This document shows, one piece after another, positions 35,619-45,623 of a DNA stretch of 64,000 nt (its first letter is position 1; each line of letters starts with the position of its first letter). The translations under genes were made by a program, and so were the position numbers. A model generated the notes under the pieces. It was not told the DNA's origin and did not search any database. It worked only from the letters and a program-made list of their open reading frames with translations. The DNA comes from Clostridiales bacterium (GTDB taxonomy: Bacteria > Bacillota > Clostridia > Christensenellales > UBA1242), in the NCBI GenBank assembly GCA_015055905.1, contig SVHI01000001.1:5364-69363 (forward strand). Reading direction: 5' to 3'.

Positions 35619-36578
35619 ATGAATTGGAATGAAATTTGGCAAACCATTAAAGATTTCTTCACAAACAATGTTTGGGGAATTGTTAAGTTTGTCGCAATCT
35701 TTTTTATAGGATTTGTTCTTATTAAAGTTGTCTTAAATATAATGAGAAGAATCTTAGGAAAAACAAAAATGGAAAAAATTGGTCAACAATTTTTGATGAC
35801 CGCAATCAAGGTGTGTTTATATTTAGTATTCATTTTGATATTGCTCAGCACTATTGGAATTGAAATTACTGGTATCATCACAGCGCTCAGTGCACTCTTA
35901 CTTGCTGTTGGTATGGCTCTTCAAAACAATATTTCAAACCTTGCGAACGGCATTATTATTGTTAGCACTCATATGTTCAAAAAAGGTGATTGGATTATTG
36001 TTGGTGATGAACAAGGAAGCATTGTTGATATTAACTTCTTATTCACAACACTTCATACAGCAGACAATAAAAAAGTAACAATTCCAAATAGTTCAATTGT
36101 TAATGGTTCAGTTGTTAATGCTGGGGCAAATCCAAAGAGAAGAGTTGAGTTTACATTCTCAGTGGCATATGAAACTGATGTTGAAACAGTAAAAAAACTT
36201 GTAATCGATGTTATGAAGAGTGATGGAAGAATCTATCTCGACCCAGAACCATTCTGTAGATTAAAGAATTTAGGAGCAAGTTCTCTTGACTTCTTTGCTC
36301 ATTGCTGGTGTGATAGTGGAGACTATTGGGGCGTTTACTACAATATTGTTGAGACAGTTTATAATGAGTTTAAGAAAAACAACATTTCTGTTCCTTACAA
36401 TCAAATTGAAGTTAGAAATAGAACTGACAAGGTTGAAATGCCATTTAGCAAAGAACCTCTTCCAGAAAGAGTTGAAAAGGTTAGAAACATTGAAGAAGAA
36501 TTTGACCTTGAAACAGCAGACTTAACAAAGATGTTTCATAAAAAGAAAAACGCAAAAAAGACAACAAAAAAGAAATAA
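35619..36578 (+). CDS. Small-conductance mechanosensitive channel (MscS family)
   Basis: 319 aa; N-terminal TM helices, then the MscS beta-domain pattern FKKGDWIIVGDEQGSIVDINFLFTTLHTADNKKVTIPNS. Confidence 0.88.
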   Translation: MNWNEIWQTIKDFFTNNVWGIVKFVAIFFIGFVLIKVVLNIMRRILGKTKMEKIGQQFLMTAIKVCLYLVFILILLSTIGIEITGIITALSALLLAVGMALQNNISNLANGIIIVSTHMFKKGDWIIVGDEQGSIVDINFLFTTLHTADNKKVTIPNSSIVNGSVVNAGANPKRRVEFTFSVAYETDVETVKKLVIDVMKSDGRIYLDPEPFCRLKNLGASSLDFFAHCWCDSGDYWGVYYNIVETVYNEFKKNNISVPYNQIEVRNRTDKVEMPFSKEPLPERVEKVRNIEEEFDLETADLTKMFHKKKNAKKTTKKK

Positions 36579-36596
36579 ATTATATTAAAAAACATT

Positions 36597-36634
36597 AAAA
36601 AACCCAATTTATAATGAATTGGGTTTTTATTTTA
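36597..36634 (+). terminator. Rho-independent terminator
   Basis: AAAAAACCCAATT-tataatg-AATTGGGTTTTT. Confidence 0.85.
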
Positions 36635-36664
36635 TCAAAAATAAATATTTTGCATATAATTTAA

Positions 36665-36719
36665 TTGACAGTTGAACAAGTGTTCAACTATACTAATAAC
36701 AGTTGAATAACTATTCAAC
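36665..36719 (+). promoter_or_regulatory. cadC-cadA promoter with two ArsR/SmtB-type inverted-repeat operators
   Basis: TTGACA (36665-36670) - 18 nt - TATACT (36689-36694). Palindromes AGTTGAACA-AG-TGTTCAACT (36670-36689) and AGTTGAATA-A-CTATTCAAC (36701-36719). Confidence 0.75.
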
Positions 36720-36731
36720 CAAAGGAGCATT

Positions 36732-37109
36732 ATGGCAAAAACAGAGTGTGTTTGTGACTGTGAAACAATACATAAAGATATTGTTGAAATTGTAAATAAA
36801 AAGAAATTAAATCAGTGTGAACTTTTAGAGATGACAAGGTTCTATAAGGCATTTGCAGATGAAACAAGACTCAAGATTATAAACATTCTTGACGTTCACG
36901 AAATGTGTGTTTGTGACGTTGCTGTCGTTTTGAATATGACAAAGTCTGCAATCTCTCATCAACTCAGTTACCTTAAAAAATTAAACATAATAAAGGCGAG
37001 AAAAGAGGGGAAAATTGTTTTTTATTCGTTGGCAGATGACCACGTTAAACAACTATTTGAAATTTGTGAAGAGCATATAAAGGAGGCTAGAGATGAAAAA
37101 GGTTGTTAA
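36732..37109 (+). CDS. cadC: ArsR/SmtB-family metalloregulator, CadC-like
   Basis: 125 aa; N-terminal Cys cluster ECVCDCE, CVCDV metal site, HTH LNMTKSAISHQLSYL. Confidence 0.85.
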   Translation: MAKTECVCDCETIHKDIVEIVNKKKLNQCELLEMTRFYKAFADETRLKIINILDVHEMCVCDVAVVLNMTKSAISHQLSYLKKLNIIKARKEGKIVFYSLADDHVKQLFEICEEHIKEARDEKGC

Positions 37110-39132
37110 GATTGAAGGTTTACATTGCCCAAATTGTGCAAGAAATTTGCAAAATGAACTTTCAAAGATAAATGGCGTGGAAAATTTAGAAGTTGATGTT
37201 GTTAAAGCAACGATTTCATTTGAATCAAAAAATACGCAAAAATCACTTGAAAATATTATAAAATTAACCAAAAAACTTGAGCCTGATGTAAAAATTATTG
37301 ATGATTCAGTTCAAAATAAATCAAATAAAGGGCTTGTTATAGATATTGTTACTCTTATCGTGGGACTTGCTCTTTCGGTTGTTTGTTTAACTGTTTCGAT
37401 GTCACCAGTAATCTTTTGGATAATTTTTGTGACAAGTGCATTATTGTTTGGTTATAAAACATATATAAAGGCATTTAGATTGCTAGTAAAAGGTGTTGTC
37501 AATGAAAACTTATTGTTAACAATCTCGGTTGTTGGTGCGGCTATCCTTGGCGAATATATGGAATCATTAATGGTTATAGCCCTTTATTCAATCGGTAAAA
37601 TTTTTGAGGGCTTGGCGGTTACAAAATCAAGAAACTCAATTCAAAAGTTAACGAACCTTCAACCAGAGTATGCTGTTGTTTTAAAAGATGAAAAAGAAGT
37701 TAAATGTGACCCAAAAGAAGTTTCGATTGGTTCAATATTAATCGTAAAGCCTGGCGAGAGGGTTGCGATTGACGGAAAGATTATTTTAGGAACTGCCACA
37801 TTAGACACTCAAAGTTTAACAGGCGAAAGTTTGCCTCAATCGGTTGCTCTAGGAGACGAGGTTTTATCTGGAAGCATTGTTCTTGACGGAGTTTTACAAA
37901 TAGAAACAACCTGTTTGGCGGAAGGCAGCACTGTTGCTAGAATAATGAATCTTATTGAGCACGCATCTGAAAAGAAATCAAAAACAGAAACCGTTATTTC
38001 AAAAATAACAAGATGGTATACGCTTGGTGTTATCATTTGTGCTTGCATCACATTTGGAATCGTTTGGGCAGTTACAAATAACATTAATACAGCCGTTTAT
38101 AGAGGTCTTATATTCTTAGTTGTCTCTTGTCCTTGTGCGTTTGCAATATCTGTTCCTTTAACTTATTTTTCGGGAATTGGTAATGCCTCAAGACACGGCG
38201 TTTTAGTTAAAGGTTCAAACTATCTTGATGCATTATCAAAACTTGATATTGTTGCTTTTGATAAAACGGGAACAATAACCACAGGAATGTTTGTTGTAGA
38301 AAAAATAAAAGTTATAAATAAATCATATTCAAAAGAGGACATTTTGTGGCTTGCTAGCCTTGGCGAACAAAACTCAATCCATCCACTTGCAAAATCGATT
38401 GTGGCAGAAAACAAAAAAGAACTTGTTTCAGTTAAGTCAGTAAAAGAGGTTGCGGGAAAAGGTATCTATTTTAGTTTTGAAAAAGACAAATATTTTGTTG
38501 GCAGAAAGTCTGCTAACAACAAAGAAACTGTGGTTGAACTTTTTAAAAACGATGAAAAAATTGGTGAAATTTATTTGGTAGACAAAATAAAAGACACTTC
38601 AAAAACAGCTTGTGAGAAATTAAAAAAGTTAGGAATAAAAACAGTCTTACTTTCAGGGGACAACGCTGAAACCGTTAATAAAGTGTCAAAAGAAGTTGAA
38701 ATTAGCGAAGCTTTTGGTGAAATGTTGCCTCAAGACAAGTTTGACTGGATAAAAACAGAAAAAGAAAAATTAAAGCAAATGATTGGATATGTCGGTGATG
38801 GTATCAATGACTCGCCATCGCTTATGCTTGCAGATGTTGGAATTTCAATGGGTATTAATGGAAGCCCAGCAAGCATTGAGGCGTCGGACGTTGTTTTGGT
38901 TGACGACAATCCTGAAAAAATTATTTCTGCAATAAAAATTTCAAAGAAAACAGGAAAGATTGTCTGGCAAAATATAATTTTGTCCGCACTTATCAAATTT
39001 GCGTTCTTGGCGCTTGGCGCAGTTGGCATCACAGGAATGTTATCGGCAGTATTTGCAGATGTTGGTGTAACGGTTCTTGCAATTTTAAACTCAATGCGCG
39101 CCCTCATCTACTCCCCAACAAAAAAGAAATAA
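37093..39132 (+). CDS. cadA: P1B-type heavy-metal (Cd/Zn/Pb-type) translocating ATPase
   Basis: 679 aa; HMA domain GLHCPNC, TM6 SCPC, DKTGT, GDGINDSP, TM7 N-x7-K and TM8 DVG pattern. Confidence 0.9.
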   Translation: MKKVVKIEGLHCPNCARNLQNELSKINGVENLEVDVVKATISFESKNTQKSLENIIKLTKKLEPDVKIIDDSVQNKSNKGLVIDIVTLIVGLALSVVCLTVSMSPVIFWIIFVTSALLFGYKTYIKAFRLLVKGVVNENLLLTISVVGAAILGEYMESLMVIALYSIGKIFEGLAVTKSRNSIQKLTNLQPEYAVVLKDEKEVKCDPKEVSIGSILIVKPGERVAIDGKIILGTATLDTQSLTGESLPQSVALGDEVLSGSIVLDGVLQIETTCLAEGSTVARIMNLIEHASEKKSKTETVISKITRWYTLGVIICACITFGIVWAVTNNINTAVYRGLIFLVVSCPCAFAISVPLTYFSGIGNASRHGVLVKGSNYLDALSKLDIVAFDKTGTITTGMFVVEKIKVINKSYSKEDILWLASLGEQNSIHPLAKSIVAENKKELVSVKSVKEVAGKGIYFSFEKDKYFVGRKSANNKETVVELFKNDEKIGEIYLVDKIKDTSKTACEKLKKLGIKTVLLSGDNAETVNKVSKEVEISEAFGEMLPQDKFDWIKTEKEKLKQMIGYVGDGINDSPSLMLADVGISMGINGSPASIEASDVVLVDDNPEKIISAIKISKKTGKIVWQNIILSALIKFAFLALGAVGITGMLSAVFADVGVTVLAILNSMRALIYSPTKKK

Positions 39133-39135
39133 GAT

Positions 39136-39170
39136 AAATAGAAGTTTTTAGAACTTCTATTTTTTATTTT
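39136..39170 (+). terminator. Rho-independent terminator
   Basis: AAATAGAAGTT-tttag-AACTTCTATTT plus a T-run. Confidence 0.85.
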
Positions 39171-39238
39171 GTTATATGCTTTGAAAAAACACTTTTATAT
39201 GGTATTATCAAAATGTTATAAAATCTATAGGAGCTATT

Positions 39239-40609
39239 ATGGCGTTTAATTCATACAATTTTATTCTATTATTTGCACCAATTGTAATTATTGTTTATTA
39301 TTTGTCTTTAAAGTTTAAAAAGAAAGAGATTTCACAAATAGTCTTAATTTTGGCTTCAATTATATTTTATTTTACATTTGGAATCTGGCACGCTGTTTTT
39401 ATTGTGTCTAGTTTAATTTTAAACTATTTATTTGCTTACTTCATAAATAGGACACAAAATGAAAAGTTAAAGAAAGTATTATTAATTATCGTTATCATAT
39501 TAAATGTGTTGGCTTTGTTTTTAACAAAGTATTTAAATTTCTTTTACACCGCAATAGTTGAATTATTTAGCGGTCAAGGAAGCGTTTTGAATTTATTTGT
39601 TCCACTTGGTATTAGTTATACAACATTTCAACAAATTGCTTATCAAGTTGACACATTCAGAGGGGAAACAAAAGAAATTAATTTTTTGGAATATTCTCTA
39701 TTTATTTTGTTTTTTGTTAAATCTTTATGTGGACCAATTATCTTACAAAGTGAATTTATTAACCAAGTCAAAGATGATGAAAATTACAAAGTAAATTACG
39801 ACAACCTTTCACGTGGATTATATGTATTTGTTATTGGTTTGGCAAAGAAGGTTTTGATTGCAGACACACTTGCTTATATTGTAAATAATGGTTACGGAAT
39901 GGCTGCTGGATTATCAACTATAGATGCTCTGTTGGTTATTTTATCTTATACTTTGCAAATTTATTTTGATTTTAGTGGTTGTTGTGATATGGCTTGTGGT
40001 TTATCACAAATGTTCAACTTAAAAATCATCAATAACTTTGAAGACCCTTATCAAACAAACAATATTTTAGATTTTTGGAAGGCTTGGCATATATCGCTAA
40101 CTAGTTTCTTAAGAAAATATATTTATTTCCCACTTGGTGGAAACAGAAAAGGAAAAGTTAGAACGATGATAAACGTTATGATTATTTTCCTTATCAGCGG
40201 ATTATGGCACGGGGCAAACTGGACATTTATTGTTTGGGGAGCATTGCACGGATTAGCGAGTGTCTTAATGAGAATCTATGGTAAACATTACGATAAAATG
40301 CCATCAATAATAAAGTGGATAATAAATTTTGCTTTTGTAAACATCACTTGGGTTTTCTTTAGGGCAGAAACAATTTCCGATGCTATTCGCTTAATTGGTA
40401 GAATATTTACTGGCGGATTTTATTTGTCATTTGGTTACATCTACATTTTCTATACGGCAGTTGCCTTGTGGCTGGCGTTGTCGTTTAAAACAAAAACAAA
40501 TAAAGAATTTAATGTGAATGTATATAGAATGTTGTTTGCTTCAGCTATTTTAGTTCTCTGTTTATTAAACTTTACAGAAAATATCTCATTTATCTATGTT
40601 AATTTCTAG
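39239..40609 (+). CDS. MBOAT-family membrane-bound O-acyltransferase (AlgI/DltB/PatA-like)
   Basis: 456 aa polytopic protein with the conserved His region FWKAWHISLTSFLRKYIYFPLGGNR...SGLWHGANW. Confidence 0.88.
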   Translation: MAFNSYNFILLFAPIVIIVYYLSLKFKKKEISQIVLILASIIFYFTFGIWHAVFIVSSLILNYLFAYFINRTQNEKLKKVLLIIVIILNVLALFLTKYLNFFYTAIVELFSGQGSVLNLFVPLGISYTTFQQIAYQVDTFRGETKEINFLEYSLFILFFVKSLCGPIILQSEFINQVKDDENYKVNYDNLSRGLYVFVIGLAKKVLIADTLAYIVNNGYGMAAGLSTIDALLVILSYTLQIYFDFSGCCDMACGLSQMFNLKIINNFEDPYQTNNILDFWKAWHISLTSFLRKYIYFPLGGNRKGKVRTMINVMIIFLISGLWHGANWTFIVWGALHGLASVLMRIYGKHYDKMPSIIKWIINFAFVNITWVFFRAETISDAIRLIGRIFTGGFYLSFGYIYIFYTAVALWLALSFKTKTNKEFNVNVYRMLFASAILVLCLLNFTENISFIYVNF

Positions 40610-40617
40610 GAGAAGGT

Positions 40618-41700
40618 ATGGAAGAAAAGAAAAAATTTAGTGCAAGAAAAACATTTTTTATCTTTTTGAGTATAATGTTGTCTTTTGTTTTTTTGGTTTG
40701 CGGATTCAACATCCTTATAGACCCATATTTTCACTATCACGCTCCGCTGGGAAGTAAAGGATATCTTTTAAATGCAGATCAAGAAAGATATATAAATGAT
40801 GGCATTTTGAGACATTATAAGTATGATGCACTTATTATTGGAAACTCAATGATTCAAAATTTTAAATCATCTGAATTTGACGAAATTTTTGGTGTTAACT
40901 CTGTAAAAACTGGGTTTTCAGGTGCTTCATTTAAAGAAATTGACCAAAATGTTCGTGTTGCGCTCAAACATAACAAAGAGTTAAAAACAATAATTAGATG
41001 TATTGATGATAATAAACTTTTAGATGATAAAGATAGGCTCAGTTATAGTGCGTATCCAACGTATTTATATGACAATAATATCTTCAATGACTATAAATAT
41101 CTTTTAAATAAAGACGTTACAAAAGAATCAATAAAAGTTATTATGAGGGCTTTGTTTGAGAATAGGAGTAATACAGGTTTTGATAGCTATGGTTATTGGA
41201 ATGATAGTTACAAAAATGGAAAAGAAGAAGTATTATCAACTTATAATCGACCTGAAATTAATGGGACGCAGACTCCATTCACAGAAGAAGATGCAGAAAT
41301 TGTTAGAGGAACTATAAATCAGAATGTGATTGAAACAGCAAAGGCTAATCCAGATGTAACATTCTATTTATTTATTACACCATATAGTATCTTATATTGG
41401 GATGCACTTAACAGATATGGAACCTTAAATAAACAACTTGCGGCTCAAAAATTAGCAATTGAACTTATGTTGGAATGTGAAAATATAAAATTATTCTCTT
41501 TCTTTGATGATACTGAATTATTCTGTAATCTCGATAATTATAAAGATTCAGGACATTATATTGCAAGTATAAATTCTTATATGCTTAAATGTATGAAAAA
41601 TGGCGAACATATTTTGACAAAAGAAAATTATGAGGAATATATTAACAATCTCTCAATGTTTTTAAATGCTTATGATTATGATGCAATATTTGCAGAATAA
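40618..41700 (+). CDS. Membrane-anchored SGNH/DltD-like partner of the MBOAT protein
   Basis: 360 aa with an N-terminal TM anchor. Possible block I IIGNSM and block V DSGH. The family assignment is tentative. Confidence 0.55.
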   Translation: MEEKKKFSARKTFFIFLSIMLSFVFLVCGFNILIDPYFHYHAPLGSKGYLLNADQERYINDGILRHYKYDALIIGNSMIQNFKSSEFDEIFGVNSVKTGFSGASFKEIDQNVRVALKHNKELKTIIRCIDDNKLLDDKDRLSYSAYPTYLYDNNIFNDYKYLLNKDVTKESIKVIMRALFENRSNTGFDSYGYWNDSYKNGKEEVLSTYNRPEINGTQTPFTEEDAEIVRGTINQNVIETAKANPDVTFYLFITPYSILYWDALNRYGTLNKQLAAQKLAIELMLECENIKLFSFFDDTELFCNLDNYKDSGHYIASINSYMLKCMKNGEHILTKENYEEYINNLSMFLNAYDYDAIFAE

Positions 41701-41745
41701 AACTGTAAAATGTCATTGAAAAAAATGTATAAATGTATTATTATA

Positions 41746-41779
41746 TTGAGGTAAGAGGTTTCTTGCCTCAATTTTATTT
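41746..41779 (+). terminator. Terminator-like hairpin immediately upstream of the HD-gene RBS
   Basis: TTGAGGTAAGA-ggtt-TCTTGCCTCAA (one G.U pair) followed by TTTTATTT. It ends 11 nt before ATG 41791. Confidence 0.65.
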
Positions 41780-41790
41780 GTGGAGTTATT

Positions 41791-42423
41791 ATGAGCAAGG
41801 AAAAAAACGTTGTTGAGTTTTATGTGCTTTGTAGCACGCTTAAAAATGTTGTGAGAAGCGGTTGGAAAATCTGGAATGTTAAAAAAGAAAGATTAGAAAG
41901 TATTGCTGAACACATTTTTGGAACACAAATGCTCGCAATTTCAATGTGGTCAGAATATAATTATGATATAGATATAAAAAAAGTTTTAACAATGCTTGCG
42001 GTTCACGAGACTGAAGAGATTATTATTGGCGACCTTGTTTGGTTTCAAATCTCAGCAGAAGAGAAGGCTGTAATGGGTCACAAGGCGGTAGCGGATATCT
42101 TTTCAAAGATTGCTGGAGCAAAAGAAATTGAAAACTTGATTTATGAGTTTGATGAAAGAAAAACTCCAGAGGCAAAGTTTGCATATTTTTGTGACAAACT
42201 TGAGTGCGACCTTCAGTGCAGGCTTTATGACGAAGAAGGCTGCGTTGATATTCACGAACAAAACGGGAACTTGTCGCTTGAGAATGACAAGGTTAAGGCT
42301 TGTATTGAACAGGGAAAGTCGTGGTCAGAGGTTTGGATTGAGTTTGACCAAGACAAGATTCCGTTTGATGAAAACTTTTTGGCAGTTTCAAATTATATAA
42401 AAAGCAATAGGATAACAGACTAG
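41791..42423 (+). CDS. HD-superfamily (YfbR-like) phosphohydrolase
   Basis: 210 aa; ESIAEHIFG...LAVHETEEIIIGD...FCDKLECD pattern. The usual HD doublet reads HE here. Confidence 0.75.
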   Translation: MSKEKNVVEFYVLCSTLKNVVRSGWKIWNVKKERLESIAEHIFGTQMLAISMWSEYNYDIDIKKVLTMLAVHETEEIIIGDLVWFQISAEEKAVMGHKAVADIFSKIAGAKEIENLIYEFDERKTPEAKFAYFCDKLECDLQCRLYDEEGCVDIHEQNGNLSLENDKVKACIEQGKSWSEVWIEFDQDKIPFDENFLAVSNYIKSNRITD

Positions 42424-42440
42424 GTTAGCGGGGAGGAATT

Positions 42441-43538
42441 ATGGAAAATAACGATATTTATGAACTTTGTGAATTATTTGGAGTTCAAGGCGAGATTGTC
42501 GGTGTTTCAATTCTATCAAGCGGACACATCAACTCAACATTTAAAGTAGATGTTGACGAGAATGGAATAATGAAATCTTATATTGTTCAAAAGGTTAATG
42601 ATTATGTTTTCAAAAAACCTGAAGAACTTATGGAAAACATTATCAGCGTTACAGACTTTATTGAAAAGAAAAAAGGTTCAGGCAAGACCTTAAAGTTTTT
42701 AAAAACCAGTGACGGGAAAGGCGTAACAAATATTGACGGCGAATATTTTAGAATTTATGAGTTTGTTCAAAACACTGAAACTTATGACATCACTGAAAAC
42801 CCAAAAATTATCTATGAAACAGGTCTTGCATTTGGTGAGTTTCAACAGCTTTTGAGCGACTATCCCGCATCAACACTTTATGAGACTATTCCAAACTTCC
42901 ATAACACAATCAATAGGTTTGAAAACTTTGAAACTGCTGTTGAAAATAATTTTTCAGGCAGGGCAGAATCGGTTGCACAGACCATTGTTGATTATTTGAC
43001 AATAAAGGACACTGCCGTTAAAATGACACAGATGAGTCAAGCGGGGGTTCTTCCACAAAGAGTTACTCACAATGACACAAAATGCAACAATGTTTTGTTT
43101 GATACAAACACAAAGAAACACACTTGTGTTATTGACCTCGACACTGTTATGCCGGGTCTAGCAGGCTTCGATTTTGGCGATGCGATTCGCTTTATTGCAA
43201 ACACCGCAACTGAAGATGAAAAAGACCTTTCAAAGGTTATGTTGGACCTTGGAAAATTTGAGGCTTTCACAAAGGGCTTTCTTGATGGCTGCGGCGAAAG
43301 TTTAACTAAAGAAGAAATTGAAACCCTTTCACTTGGTGCAATTACAATAACCATAGAGTGTGGAGTTAGATTTTTGACCGACTACATCGATGGCGATAGA
43401 TATTTCAAAATTAATTATCCTGAACACAACCTCGATAGAGCGCTTTGCCAGCTCAAACTTGCTCAAGATATGATTGCAAAACAAGATGAAATGCAAACGA
43501 TTGTTCAAAAATGTTTAACCAAAAAGGAACTACAATAA
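42441..43538 (+). CDS. nahK: N-acetylhexosamine 1-kinase-like phosphotransferase (APH fold)
   Basis: 365 aa, collinear with remembered Bifidobacterium NahK: GHINSTF, RVTHNDTKCNNVLFD, IDLDTVMPG, EDEKDLSKV, INYPEHNLDRA. Confidence 0.75.
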   Translation: MENNDIYELCELFGVQGEIVGVSILSSGHINSTFKVDVDENGIMKSYIVQKVNDYVFKKPEELMENIISVTDFIEKKKGSGKTLKFLKTSDGKGVTNIDGEYFRIYEFVQNTETYDITENPKIIYETGLAFGEFQQLLSDYPASTLYETIPNFHNTINRFENFETAVENNFSGRAESVAQTIVDYLTIKDTAVKMTQMSQAGVLPQRVTHNDTKCNNVLFDTNTKKHTCVIDLDTVMPGLAGFDFGDAIRFIANTATEDEKDLSKVMLDLGKFEAFTKGFLDGCGESLTKEEIETLSLGAITITIECGVRFLTDYIDGDRYFKINYPEHNLDRALCQLKLAQDMIAKQDEMQTIVQKCLTKKELQ

Positions 43539-43555
43539 TGTAGTTCCTTCTTTTT
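43524..43555. terminator. Bidirectional terminator (kinase gene / glnN)
   Basis: AAGGAACTACA-ataa-TGTAGTTCCTT plus CTTTTT. The kinase stop codon lies in the loop. Confidence 0.8.
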
Positions 43556-45605
43556 AGTATAAAATTTGATTATAATTTGGGAAAGGCATAAATCTGTCTG
43601 GAATATAACCCTCAATACTATCATAACTGTTTCTAATTTCCTTCATCGTTGGAAGAATTTTTTCTCTCACAAGAGAAGATAAATCTTTTTCTGTCCTTGA
43701 CAATTCAATCAATTTTGAAAGGGTTTCAATATTCTTTGAAAGGTTGTCTCTTGTGGTTGTCATTGTTTTTAAAAGAGATTTCCAGTCACCAGAATTTTTA
43801 AGTGAAACAATCAACGATTCAAGGTTATAAAAGATTGATTTATTAAACATTTCAATCATTGTTTTTGCTTCCAAAATAGCAGTTTCAAGATATCTTTCAA
43901 CTAACACAGATTTTCTCATTGCAAGTTCCGTTTTTGAAAGAACCTTTGAAGATTCAAAAGCGTCAATTATGGTTTTATCATCTAAAGAATCAAAGGCTTC
44001 AAGACTGTCTTTGAATGTTGGAATTCCGCGTTTTTCGGCTTCTTTGAGCCAAGATTCATCATAACCATTTCCGTTAAAAACAATCTTTTTATGTTTTTCA
44101 AAATTCTTTCTAACAAGCCCCATAAGTTTTTCTTTTTTGTTTGCTGAAACTTTGTCCACTTCGTCAGCCATTTCTTTTAAGATGTTTGAAAGTGCAACAC
44201 AAACACAAGTTGAAGGGAATGTTACTGATTGATTTGAACCAATCATTCTAAACTCAAATCTATTTCCGCTGAATGTGAATGGGCTGGTTCTGTTTCTGTC
44301 ACAAAAATCACGAACAGGCATTGGAAGAGATGTTACGCCAGTGTCAAGAAGAACGGTTTTTTCTTTTGTGTTAGAATTGCAAGAATATTTTTCATAGAGT
44401 TCCAAAAGGTAGTCACTTGCAAAAACTGAAACTACTGATGGAGGTGCTTCGTCGCCGCCAAGCCTTAGGTCATTGTTTCTTGAAGATGCAGAAACACGAA
44501 TTAAGGAATTAAACTTATCGATTGCGGAAATCATTGAGATAAAGAACGTAAAAAAGAGGTCTTTGTCTTCAAGGTCTGCGTCAAAGAGATTGATTCCTGT
44601 GTCGGTTGCTATTGACCAGTTTGCGTGTTTTCCGCTGCCGTTTATGCCAGCAAATGGTTTTTCTTCAAATATGGCTTTGAGTCCGTGCTTTTTTGCAACC
44701 TTGCTAATGGTTTCCATAATGAGTTGATTTTGGTCACAAGCAATGTTTGTTGGGGAATAGATAGGAACAAATTCATATTGACAAGGTGCAACTTCATTGT
44801 GTTGATGTTTTGCAGTAACGCCCATTTTCCAAAGCCTGCGGTCAACTTCGTTCATAAACTCACTAACCTTGCTGTCAATGCTGCCAAAATAGTGTGAGCC
44901 GATTTCTTGTGATTTCAAGGTCTTTGCACCAAGAAGTGTGCGGTTTAAAATATTGAGGTCAAGTCTGCTTTTGTAGTTCTCACGCTTGATTAAGAAATAT
45001 TCTTGCTCAATTCCTGTATAAAAATTAATCTTTTTTGCGTCGTTGTAGCCCAAGATTTTCAAGATTCTTAAACATTCGCGGGTTAGTGCTTGAGTTGCTC
45101 TAAGAAGAGGGGTTTTTTCATCGAGAGCCACACCATTATATGAACAGAATGCAGTTGGAATATATAGCACCTTGTTTGAGTTGAAATCTTCCTTAATAAA
45201 GACTGGGGAAGTGTAGTCCCAAATAGTGTAACCGCGAGCCTCAAAAGTGTTTCTTTCACCGCCATTAGGAAAACTCGAAGCATCTGCCTCGCCCTTAATT
45301 AGTGCTTTTTCGCTGAGTTCTTCAATCATTTCGCCCTTAGAATTTATTTCAACAAAAGACACTTGCTTTTCAGCGGTTTTGCTGTTTAGGGGCATAAACC
45401 AGTGAGTGTAGTGGGTTGCTCCCATTGAAAGCGCCCAGTTTTTAATTGCAGAAGCGATTGCTTTTGCAGTTGATGGGTCGAGGCTTTCGCCAAGTTCCTT
45501 TGTTTTTATATAGTTGTTATAGTGTTTGCGTTTTGTGAACTTTTTTAAAATCTTGTCGTCACAGACATATTCTCCAAACATTTTTGAAATATTAGTTTTT
45601 TTCAT
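43554..45605 (-). CDS. glnN: Glutamine synthetase type III
   Basis: 683 aa from ATG 45605 (RBS GGAGGGG). N-terminal MFGEYV...WALSMGATHYTHWFMPL and the ~700 aa size are typical of GSIII. Confidence 0.9.
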   Translation of the reverse strand: MKKTNISKMFGEYVCDDKILKKFTKRKHYNNYIKTKELGESLDPSTAKAIASAIKNWALSMGATHYTHWFMPLNSKTAEKQVSFVEINSKGEMIEELSEKALIKGEADASSFPNGGERNTFEARGYTIWDYTSPVFIKEDFNSNKVLYIPTAFCSYNGVALDEKTPLLRATQALTRECLRILKILGYNDAKKINFYTGIEQEYFLIKRENYKSRLDLNILNRTLLGAKTLKSQEIGSHYFGSIDSKVSEFMNEVDRRLWKMGVTAKHQHNEVAPCQYEFVPIYSPTNIACDQNQLIMETISKVAKKHGLKAIFEEKPFAGINGSGKHANWSIATDTGINLFDADLEDKDLFFTFFISMISAIDKFNSLIRVSASSRNNDLRLGGDEAPPSVVSVFASDYLLELYEKYSCNSNTKEKTVLLDTGVTSLPMPVRDFCDRNRTSPFTFSGNRFEFRMIGSNQSVTFPSTCVCVALSNILKEMADEVDKVSANKKEKLMGLVRKNFEKHKKIVFNGNGYDESWLKEAEKRGIPTFKDSLEAFDSLDDKTIIDAFESSKVLSKTELAMRKSVLVERYLETAILEAKTMIEMFNKSIFYNLESLIVSLKNSGDWKSLLKTMTTTRDNLSKNIETLSKLIELSRTEKDLSSLVREKILPTMKEIRNSYDSIEGYIPDRFMPFPNYNQILY

Positions 45606-45623
45606 AATTCCCCTCCATTTTGT

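Noticed and set aside
41791-42423. HD-domain protein with HE in place of the HD doublet, considered as an inactivated enzyme
   Set aside because: Glu can still ligate metal, and the other His/Asp ligands seem present. Activity cannot be judged from sequence alone.
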